This document shows, in pieces, positions 24,101-34,800 of a stretch of DNA of 64,000 nt. The translations under genes were made by a program, and so were the position numbers. Positions within the stretch are counted from its first letter, which is position 1; each line of letters begins with the position of its first letter. Source of the DNA: Klebsormidium nitens (taxonomy: Eukaryota > Plantae > Klebsormidiophyceae); assembly GCA_000708835.1 (NCBI GenBank), contig DF237277.1, forward strand, positions 1 through 64,000. Direction: 5' to 3'. The notes under the pieces are model-generated. The model worked only from the letters and a program-made list of their open reading frames with translations. It was not told the origin of the DNA and made no database searches.

Positions 24101-26952
24101 GATCAACATTCGTACTGCCCCACTTTGAGCTATCCGGATTTCAGGCCCCAGCACATATTGAAAGACCAGTCAAACAAGTTGGTTTTTGAGCCTGCCGGCA
24201 GATCAGGAGAAGGTCTTGCACTACAAGAATCTGATGTGCCTTATGCAGCTAATCCCACCGAGAACGACAAGAGGACTTCCGATACCACCTACTAGACGAG
24301 TACAGATGTGCCGGCTCCCAAATGTCAATGTCCTGAAACTTCACTAATCTGAGATGAGCAAAAAGCCCATCCCCGTGGGAAGTTGGAGCTCAAGATTGCT
24401 TTGAGGCTCTTTCCATTTTGACCTTGACCTAGTTATCCAAAGTTTCTCTCTCGAAGTGCTTTTGCATTTCTGAGCGGCAATGTGAGCGAGACGGAAATGC
24501 AGAGGCTTGACCTGGCTCGAGAGAGTGCTGTGCTTCTGACTGCTGCCGTGGGTGGAAGTAGCAACTCCACCGCCTACAGTTACGTCCATGATCTGAGACA
24601 CACCCTTGAGGAAATAGCCCGGTTCATACTGTGGAAGCCTGTAGAATAAGGATGCGGATTAGGTTCTGGCATCTTGAAAAGGGATATATCACCCTGTGAA
24701 ACGCCCAGCAGATACTGGCCTGGCTCATGTTGAGGGAGCCTGCAATGTTGTGAAAGGTATGAGGGCCTTGTATGATTGGAATGTTGACGATAAGCTATAT
24801 GGGGACTGAGACGCGCCGTTGAGGAAACAGTCAACTGGTCTCTTGAATGGACAATGCAGAGTTTGTCGTGTGACATTTGATAAGGACGACAACTATCAAG
24901 TGCATATACGCCCTTGAAAAGATAGCCTGGGAAAGTGAGCAGAGAAACAAGCAGAGCGCGCACTGAACTCCTTACAAGTGCCATCCATAACGGGCTCAAA
25001 TCCAATCTTATCACAAGCAAGGCAAGCATGGCCTTTTGACAGGGAAGAGAGTCTTGAACCCCAGGATTACTAGGTGAAAGGCGTGCCCTTTGCCTGCGAG
25101 GAGGTCAGATAGGCAAGGAATTGGAGCAATGGGGCTGATAGATTCGTGACACCATGCAAGTTACACAACCAGGCGCACCTCAACACTCCTGGGAAAAAGT
25201 AGGTAGTGCTCACTCGCTGTAAGGCGTATCCTTTGACAGCAAGAAGGCCGGGTACGCCAGGAAATTAAGCAGGGTGCGCAGCGGCACTCCTGCGTCGACC
25301 GTCACGAGCAGGTTCTCCTTGTCGACCTGGATGGGGAACTCGGGACTGCCTGTGTCCCAGTCAGAAGGATCCTCAGTGAACCTGCAGGACAATGGGAAAG
25401 AGGCTTTGTAGGCGGGTTCGTGTTCGTCCTTTGTGGCACTCGGACAATGCCTTGCTGGATTGTCCTGTGAAATGCACATGCCGATGTTGACATCAGACAA
25501 GATGCCAGTCTATAAGGGGCGTTGTTTGGGGAATTACAGAATTTTGGGAGCCTTTCCACTGTTCCCATTTTGCCTGAGCGATAGCCTCCTTGTCTTTCCT
25601 CCAAAGATACATTGAATGTGTCAAGGCCTGGGGAAGGCTGACATCAGGTCAAATTGTACTTTAGATCCCACAATGCTCATGTTGACAAAAGACATGATGT
25701 TGATCCAGAGAAGCACTGTTTCAGGAACACAGAGTTATGGAAGCCTTTGAACTGTTCTTATGTTGCCTGAGCCATCCGTTCCTCACCTATCCCCCAGAAA
25801 GAGATTGAATGTCAAGGTCTAGAAAAGAGGGACGTCACCGTCGCTTGTCGTTCACATTCCACACGCAAATGTCGACAACAGGCAGGATGTTACTCCACAT
25901 AAGAGCCCTTTTTAAGGAACAGAGATATATAAAAGCCTCTAAATTGTCCCCATTTTGCCTGAGCGATCAGTTCCTCAACTTTCCTCCAAAGACAGATTAA
26001 TGTCAAGGTCTGGGGAATGCTGACATCAGCCAGACAACTCACAGTGGCCTCAAGTTGGTGAGCTCTGTCATTGCAATCCCAATTGAGTTGGGAAGCGCCT
26101 CAGGGCAGAACTGCTCTGCGTTCCACGACAGGCCAGCACCGACGGCCTTGACGCTGGAGTGGTCACGGACAAGAGCCTTGACGTCCTCCAGCGTCTTCGG
26201 GCGCCCCATCGAACATTCGTTAGGGCATTCGTAGAGCCCTGAGAAGAAAGGTGCATAATGTCAACATTGCATTACTGAAGGGAAGGGTATCTCCAAAGCT
26301 CATCCCTGAATCCTAGGGTCTATTTGACAGGTGATTTCGACCATCTGACAATTGCTGATTGATTCAAAGGCTGTCCATTCTGAATTTCCGGTTCACTCTC
26401 GACTTTCTGCCAAAGCAATCTGGGCCAATCATCAGATTTCGAAGCTGCTTAAGTTTTATAATTGGTGCATTTGGAGCGGTGTGGTTAGAGGTGTGGAATT
26501 GGAGCTGGCAAACGGTGCTGGCAAGTTTCCTGCCCCGTACAGCTGGGACCCTTCTTGTCAAATGTTTGGCAATACATAGGTGTCACAAGCAAGGTCCTTC
26601 TTCCAGCTGTCACTAAGTAGGACTTTTTAGAACCTTTAAGAGCAATCATTCGACCAGCTGCCCCCTTGATAGTGGACCATCTTGACGAGAAGCCATTGCA
26701 GCTCACAGCTGGACTGCAGTAATTCCTCAGCTTGACATTTGACTCCACGTTCAATTGAATCGCAGAAAGCTGGCCACAATGCTCACCTTGGAAGTTGGAC
26801 AACTCATAAGGAATCCCGCAGTAGCCAACGAACGGAATGCTGGGAATCCTTAGGCAACCAGTCCCGTTGTATCCAAAGAGCCAAGGAAATCTAGACGATG
26901 CATGCGCCGTGCAGGGAAGGAGGGCCAGCAGGAGAAAGGCGACAAGGGCCAT
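18197..26952 (-). CDS. Secreted FAD-linked oxidase, L-gulonolactone/D-arabinonolactone oxidase-like (FAD-binding PCMH + ALO domain); 11 exons (26952-26787, 26238-26043, 25381-25214, 24638-24512, 24006-23920, 23484-23281, 22509-22274, 21177-20997, 20354-20178, 19218-19084, 18412-18197), ~630 aa
   Basis: The phase-consistent chain gives: signal peptide, SNFQGLYEC, KAVGAGLSW, VTVDAGVPLRTLL, TVGGGVATSTHGS, VNVGQLGIVT, EYEVCVPL, GFRTP...GGPRICMEIDD, RLHWGKAG, WCDFGCAVQELDP, DCC...GF...CTC. Exon 7 is assigned by phase rather than by a recognised motif. Confidence 0.85.
20340..20720 (-). repeat. Diverged ~74-78 nt tandem array x5; each unit is a copy of the 3' splice site plus the first codons of exon 9 of the oxidase gene
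   Basis: The junction motif tgtcag|ATGCT(G/A)G(T/A)(G/A)TTCTT(C/T)GA occurs with first exon base at 20660, 20583, 20509, 20432 (CAG mutated to CAA) and 20354. Confidence 0.85.
22017..22270. repeat. Low-complexity A/G-rich tract (pyrimidine tract on the transcribed strand) with a ~50-nt duplicated lead-in, directly after the exon 7 donor
   Basis: Runs of aagaaagaag/aaagagga. tgtatacatacttcaccgtt..cttgcgggaaagaaaaga occurs at ~22017 and ~22074. Confidence 0.85.
23124..23245. repeat. Perfect 40-nt tandem repeat x3, intronic
   Basis: tcttaagtaagattgccacaggatgccaacgtgcctgcga at 23124, 23164 and 23204, with no spacers. Confidence 0.95.
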
Positions 26953-28067
26953 CTTTTAGCATGTGACGGCACGACTTCTCGTATGCAGATGGATTGCAAT
27001 GGGCGGCTTTGGTCTGAGCACAACTGTGGACGCTCAGGAATGGATTGAAGCATTGCCTTGCATTACGTTTTCTTGGAAGAACCCTCAACAAACAGCGAAG
27101 CTGCCAGACCCAGATCAGTCCTCCTCAGGCTTTCCTGCTTTGTCGAACTGGACTCTGCACATTGCAGTGGACAGAGCGAATTGGCGCCCATGCAACCTTT
27201 TGCCACTGAGGAAAAATGCATAATGCACATATGTGCAATAATGGCTGGGTTTTCTCTCTGTCCACGCTGGCAGCCAGGCTAGGCACGTGGGCCGGAACCC
27301 GAACCCTTAGGCTTCAGTAATTCGAAAACAGTTCCTTCGCGCCGAGCGCGGCCGGCCGGGTCCGACTTCCAATGCGCCATGCACACTTCAATTTGGCAGT
27401 GCCATTGGGGCCACTACAAAGCTGGCCGGCCGCCACCCAGCCAGATACTTCTTTGCTTCTTCATGCGCCAATGGCACGCGAAAATGACTTTAGACCAATG
27501 AACGGAGCCGGCCGCCAAAGCTTAGAACTAAACCACAATCGCTCTAGCAAGAAGGTCCAGTACTTAGGGAATCATGTCACAACAGTTCGGTTGTGCAAGG
27601 GCGTCCATGAGGCGTCCGGAACTCCAAACATTGGCCCTCGTTGAGGGTGCGCCGAGGGGGTGCTGGAGGCTGGTGGGGGTAACATCTAGAGGCAAATCTA
27701 CCCCTAGGTAAACTCGGGCATTTCAAAGAGAAGGGGGAGCTGGTAGCCGGTGATATATATTTTCCCGAGTTTCGGACGCCCAATGAGCAGAAATGTATTG
27801 ATAGGATGCCAAGACTGTGGTGGAAAGGTCCGTTCGATTAAGTCGATTAGATGGTCTAAGTGCACACAAGCTTCAAAGCATGCTATCTACATCACTGGCA
27901 TAATAGTAAGGCTAATGCGACTCTGTGAGACAAGCAGAGACAATTTCACACCATGATCAAATGCTACAAAGTACGTGCTCTACACACATAAATGACAAAC
28001 AAATTGTGCTTGACGCGCGAAAGGACTAGGACAGAGCTTGGAACCCCGGTCCCCGGTCCCTAGGTGA

Positions 28068-28328
28068 GTACCGTACTGCCATTGTGAATTCGCCTAAAAA
28101 TAATTATTTTTCGCCCCGGCGAAAATTTTCGGAAATTATTTGCTGCCCGATGCGAAAAGTCGAAATGAATAAACAGAGCTTTTCAGGCACAAAACACATG
28201 TTTTAGCGGGGGAAATAGCAAAAACGAAAATGAAAATTAATTCATTGCCCGGCGGCGAAAATGCAAAAAGTTTGAAAATAATCATTCGCGACCTCGGGGG
28301 GCGAATATACCTTTGGCAGTACGGGTAC
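28068..28328. mobile_element. Putative MITE (~260 bp) with imperfect TIRs starting CCGTA and flanking TA, Tc1/mariner-pogo-like
   Basis: Left end GTACCGTACTGCCATTGTGAATTCGCC versus reverse complement of right end GTACCCGTACTGCCAAAGGTATATTCGCC. The interior is AT-rich with repeated (g)gcgaaaa motifs and is non-coding. Confidence 0.6.
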
Positions 28329-28822
28329 AATTCGTGCGGTGCTTACAATGCAGTGATTATAGGAAGCCTATGTGTATTGTGCAGCCAACTAGAACAAGTT
28401 GACAAGTGAGTTGCAACTGTCCATGAAATGGCCCGCCTGCGGCCATGCCATCATGCACGCGCGTGCTGATATAACAACCATGTGGGCATTAATTCTTGAC
28501 ATCCTGGAGCTGTCAGACTCATAGGACGGACTCAACCTGTACGGTATGTCTAACTAGCTCTATTCTAGTGTCACGAGTCCGACAGCTCCCCGCCCCATGC
28601 ATCGATGCACGTGTTAGAATCACTGACAATGTCGCTACCGTCAGAAAGGATGAAATAGCGCGTGTACCTTCCATGATTTACGGAGCAACATGTAAAGAAT
28701 CAATTTGACGGATTTGCTTGTCCGTTCAGGGTACAACAATACAGCGCATCGGCCTCCTAGTGTCGGCAACTCTGCCAGCTTCACCTTATTGCACCAATTC
28801 TATTGCACCAATTCCGGCCCCT

Positions 28823-31800
28823 TTAGACTGCCGCCTCGAGTGCTTGCTCCGCTTCCTCCGCCCCGTCGCTTAGCGCAAGCTTCGCGCCCATGCCGTCCTC
28901 CATGAGCCACTCGCGCACATCGAACCCGTTGCCAACAAACCGCCCGGGGTTCTTCTCGCTGAACCGAAACGGCGCCTCCAGGGCCTCCAGCTGTTCCTCG
29001 ACCACCGCCCTCATCTCGCCCTTGGCCCACTTCCGGCCGTCGAACCCGGTAACAATCGCGATCCTTCCCGGGGCGCTTTCCCCGGCCAGAAATTCCTCTC
29101 GCGCGCGCTGTAGCCACAGGAACAATACCGCCTGGCCGGCCCCTTTGCCCAATCTCCGCACGTCCAGCGCCCACTCCTTGTCGCTCGCCTTGCTCACCGG
29201 CCGCCGGTCCTTAAACCCCCGCTGGAACCCCGGCCCGAGGAGCGCGCCCGCAACCAGACTCGCGCGCTTCTCCCACCCGAAGCTCCAGAGGGCGTCGCAA
29301 AGCGTGCTGAAGAACGCGAGGACCGTCTCGGGGGATTCCCCTCGGGCGGACTGCAGGGCCATCAGCGAGCGCGCGCGCGCCCGCACGGTGACGTCATCGA
29401 TTTTCGCCGCGAGCAGCTCGGACGTCGACGCAAAGAAGGCCGCGGGGAGGCGGGGGTGCCGTTTCTCACCGGCCGCATGCCGGGAAGAAACGGCGCTGTG
29501 AATGGGCGCCAGTGCCTGCGCACCAGTCGCTACTTCCGCGTTGATCTCTCCGCCGTTACCTGAATGCCCCTGTGCTAAATCGTTTTCTACAAGGAGGCCG
29601 TTTACCGCCCCCATCGGCGAAACCTCCTGTTCTTTTGCGGCCCGCGCCAACTGGCCGAGCGCATCGACGATCGCGTCCGTGATCTCCCAGTCGTTGACAC
29701 GTGCACACGTGTCCAGCACGATGTTGATCAGTACCACGTCTGGCGTGGCCCCCCTTCCGGCCATCTCCCGCAGCACCGGCGCCAACTCCGAGAACTGCCG
29801 GGCCTTGGCCAGCGCCTGGATGAGGACCTTATAAAGGGCCGCGTCGATCTGTCCACTTCCCTTGACTTCGACCCCCCAAGACCTGCTATCTGCATCCTTC
29901 GACTGGGCACTTCCGTTTTCCGTAGCGGACTCTGGCGACTGCAAAAGAGGCGCCTCAACAGGAACGGCCTCTTGCACAGCAGGGCCGGGCTCGTCAAACG
30001 TACCTTCTGCCTCGTTTTCGGGAAGCGTCCCCGAAAGATCTCCCGAAACAATCTCCTGGCACAGCGCCCGCATGCCTTCCAAAAAGCTCCCGTTGCCCCC
30101 CCTCAACTCCTCGCACCGCGCCGCCACCCACTCCGCCCCCCCCGTGTTCACGCACACCGACAGCAAGCGCGCCCGCGTCTCGTCCGACCGAAACACCCCC
30201 CCCTTCTCGAGCCGATCGACCCACCTCCTGGCCCGGCCAAAATCGCCCGCCAGCTCGCACCCCGCCAGGAGAGCGTTGACCACCCCCGCGTTGGGCTTGG
30301 TTCCGGAGCCCAGCAGATTTTCGAACGCCAGCTCAGCGTCTTCGAGCGCGCCCATTTGGGCGAAGCCGTTGACTAGGGCCCCGTACGTGGCGACGGTCGG
30401 CTTCTGACCGTCGTGCAGCATCTTCTCGAACAGAGACACCATCGCGGACGGTTCGGCTCTTTGGAGCGCGCGCGCCACCGCCTGGTTCGCTCGCGCCCAT
30501 GCGTCGATAGCTGCTGTATACGTGTACACGTTCGGGGGGATCCCCCGCTGCTGCATCTCGTCGATCAGCGCCAGCGCGTCCTCCCCGCGGGCGCGCGTGG
30601 TGAAGTGCGCGGTCCCTTCCGGCAGCTTCGAGCACGCCGCGATGGTTAGATTATACGAAACGCGGTCAGGCGTTAACCCCTCCCTCTCCATCTGCTCGCG
30701 CAGCGTCCAGATGCGGGCCATCTCAAGCCTCCCCTTCAAACAAGCCCGTATGGCCAGGTTGTAGCTGAAGACGTCGCGCGCCCCGATGCCAGCCAATCCG
30801 GACGCCCCACGTGGCAGCTCCAGGGTGAGTCCGTCCTTCCAGTGCTTGAGCCCCCCGCGCCGATCCACATCCCGGTGCAACCACTCCTGAAACGTCTGCT
30901 CCAACCAGCCAAAGTCTTCGCGCACGATGCCTGCATCTTCCCCCTCGTTCGGTCTCTTCTCTCGTACCGCTCCATCAAAATTTGCGCTCGTCCTTACCGG
31001 CCCCTCAACCTCCAAATCTGGGTCGCTGTATTCCGCCCAGTCCTCCAGATTCTCACCAGTGACCCAACCCCTCGTTTGTTCCGACGGCTCTCCTTCCCTC
31101 TTTGGCGAAACTACCCCTCCGTCTTTTCCCTCAGAGCAGCCAACCCCCGCTGGCCGCATCGCGTCAAAGACTGCCAGCGCCTCCTGCCACCGCCCCTCGT
31201 CCACATACGCCTCGAGCAGTGCGTTGCACACAAACGTCTCCGCCAGAGAACACTCCGCCGCAGCCTGCACCACCAATCCCGGAAGTGCTTCCGCCACTAC
31301 ACCCTCAGTCGCATCCGCCGTACTGCCTGCCGCCGGAACCCCACCTAACGCTCCCTGAACACCGGCCCTCCGGGTTCTGACGTCTTCTCCCAGGTGCGCG
31401 GCGTCGACAATCGAAACCGTGACGTCATCCGGTTTCTGAGAGGCGGCGAGATCAGCAAACAGCAGTCGTTCGACCTCGTCTAGACGCCCCACCGCCGCCG
31501 CAGCGGGGATGGCTTGTGCGACCAGGAAGCGGCTGGGTCTGCGCTTGGGGCGGCAGAGAGCCCACGCAGAGAAGAGGTATGGGGGCACAGGCTGGCCGTT
31601 GGAGCGGAGCTCCTTCATGACCTGCAAAAGGGGTATAAAACAGGTGAGATTGGGCAATGGGGCCGTTGCATTGGCTCGAAGGCGGCTGAGGCACGGGCCT
31701 CGTCACGAGCTGTCGTAGATAGAGACAAGAGGAGGTACCTCGGGAGCTGTCGCAATACCCAGCTCTTCACGTCAATCCCAGACAAAATACGGTCCGAAAC

Positions 31801-34800
31801 CATGCATTACTGCCTGCAGGAAGACCGCGCGACTACACATACTGCTGGTTTTTGAAGGAACTCATGTCTGGGGTGCTGAAAGTGAAGTGTCCCAGAATAT
31901 CGTGCCGTTCTTCTGCTGCGGCACATGCGTTCGTGTAGCGTCCAACGCACAATTTGCGTTCACTTCATCCCTTTCGGCCTCACCCTCTAGCAAACCAACT
32001 TTGGATCCCAGCAACATGACCTCGCCCAATCGCGTCCACCAGAGCTGCTTTATCCTTACAACGGCTCACAAAGCAGCGTCCTTACTCAAAACAGCAACCG
32101 AAGACGACTATGATCCAACTCACCAACCGAAGACGACTATGATCCAACTCACCCAAACTTCGTCCCTCGCTTTTAGGCCTCCCTTGACTTGCTTCACCAA
32201 CCGCCCCACCTCCTGCACCGTCCCCGCCTTCCCAAGCGCCTCAACCAGCTGCCCACGTGTCATCACCTTGTTGGCCTTCCTCTCGACGCTCCGTGCCTGC
32301 TTCTTTTCCACTTGCAGCACAGTCTGCCCCTCGGACCCCACCTCCAGTGACAAACCCGGAGAGACCGCCTCTGCCTTTTGCCACATGTCACTTTCCGATT
32401 GGACCTTTGAGCGACCCAGAAGACTCTCTTCCGGCTCCTTCAGACTCTCTTCAATTGCCTGAGGTGCCCCCTCTGCCACTGCCTCTGCCTGCGCCGTCTC
32501 CTGTGAAACAAGCGCTCCCTTCGCTGCAGCGGCCTCCTTTCGAAGCTCCTCCTCAGCCCCACCCAATGTGATTCGCGCCTCTGCCTCCGTCGTCGAGCTT
32601 CGCAACTCGCTTATTGAGACCGCCGCCTCATGGGGCCCTTCAACAGCTGCCTGCTCCACCCGTCGAGCCCCATCTTCGACGTCGGCAAGCAGGCTCTCCT
32701 TCGCGTCCCCCGACCTTTCTCCTTCAATCCCCATATCTCGTCGGACCTTCTCCAGCCCCTCAAGCCCTGCTTTTGCGATCGCTCCTCCATTTGACCCTTC
32801 GCCCACCAACCCCCCGTCTAGGGACTCTTCCTGCCTTCCTCGTACGTCCCTGGGGGCCGCTTCTACCTCTGGGGAGTTCACACCGGCCGGCCGCCCCTCT
32901 ACACCCTCGATCCCCTCGTTCACGACCTGCCCGCCATGCAACTCCCGTTCACTTTCTCCCCCACTCTCAACCGCCGCTTTCGATGCCGGGAGATGCGGTC
33001 TGGTCGCCGCCTCGACTGGCGGCCCCACCTGTTGCATCAGCTCAGCCCACGACAGCATCCGCCTCGGGGGCAAACTGTCTTCAGCCTTTGCAGCGGGGGC
33101 CATCAGATCCGCCCATGAGAGCATCCCGGCCCTCTCCACAGTCTGCGCCTCCGCTTCGAACCCCACACTGCTGACGTCATCCACTCTCAGAGTAGAATTC
33201 ACCTTTGCAGCGGGGGCCATCAAATCCGCCCAGGAGAGCATCCCCGACCTCTCCGCAGACTGCGCCTCCGCTTCAGACCCTACCCTGCTGACGTCATCCA
33301 CCTCCCGAGACTCCCGTGACAAAGCCCGGCCTTCCAACCGGGCTCGCTTTGAGGGTTTCCCCTCTTTCCCCCTCTCTGCGTCCTGCACGTCTTTCCTAAC
33401 CGCACCCGTAACCCCCCTTCCTCCCTTCTCCTCCGAGCCTCTTCGGACCCGCCCCGAATTTTCGGGCCTGGAATCCACCCTCCGCTGATCTGCGGTCTGG
33501 CCCGACGGCCCCGCTTGCGTGGCGAGCGGCACTCGTCTCCACACGTCTTTCGACAAGAGCTTCGTCGAGCTACCGCCCAATCCCAGCTTCTGGCGCTTCC
33601 AGACCTCTCTCCCGAACCTTTTGTTCACCCGTCCTAACAACTCTCTCGCTCCCCTTTCGTCTTCCTGCACCCCCCCAGCAACAGCCGCAAATTCGGACTC
33701 TTCCTCCGTTTGCACGGGCCCCCAGCCCTGCTCGTGTTCCCCCCCTCGAAGCAATCCAACCTCTCCGCTACCCTCCGGCAGGACCGTAAGTTCCCACCCC
33801 TCCGCATCTTGCACCATCTCCTCCCCACCCACAGAAGCGCCTGAAGCCAATCCCTCCCCTCTAGTGGCCTCCAATTCTCCAACGCCCAACTTCGCCTCTT
33901 CTAATAGCGCTTCCTCCAACCCCTCAAGCGCCCCCTCTCCCTCAATTCGGATGCCCTCCCACCCCCCCACGAAGGCAGAGTCCGATTCACTGCTCTCAAG
34001 CCCCTCGTGCGGCAGAGCAGCCTTCCAATCTTCCACGACTCCACCTCTCGTTCCCAAACCCTCGTTCAGCCCACTCCCAAACAGGGGCTCTGGCCTTGTC
34101 GGAACTGGAGCCGGCACCGGTTCCATCACCACTCCTTCCAGCCAACCCGCATCCTGCTCCACCCCTACTTCCGCACACCCGCCTGCATTTGTCTTCTCCG
34201 CCCCAAGCACAGTCGCTGCCTCTGGCCTCTCGCACATTCCAGAAGCATCTCTACGCTCCAACCGCTCTGCCCCATGTGCTGACTCTCTTTCCAGGGTCGT
34301 CTTCCCCTCCGGAATCCGGTCTGCAAGCGCTCCCTCCAGCTCTACTCGTAACGGCTGCCCCTGCTCGGCAGTGATCGCGCCCCTCACATCCCCACTGCAA
34401 TCGTCACACTTCGCAACACTCGCCTCCTCGGGCCTCCAGTCACCGACGTCGCGCATCTCGACTACCCCACATTCGCACGCCCCCTCAGACACGGCCGCTC
34501 CCACTCGTTCGTTCTCCTGGTGATCCCCGAGTGTGTCCTCCGCCCCTTTGCCCCCAACCGGCTCGCCTCTTGTTCCCTCCGTCTCCACTCCCCTTGGTCT
34601 CAACCTCTGGTCCCGAATTTCAAATGTATCCACCTTTTGAGTGACCACTGGTGGCTTGCCGGTTTCAACAGTAACAGCCCCCTCCGCGGCACCACTCCAA
34701 ACACGACTCCCGTTCGTGCCATCTGCATCTGTCTGGTCAGGAGTGGCGAACTCCACGGCCACAAACCTGCCGGTGGTGGAAGGGACCATCTCGAGGCGGC

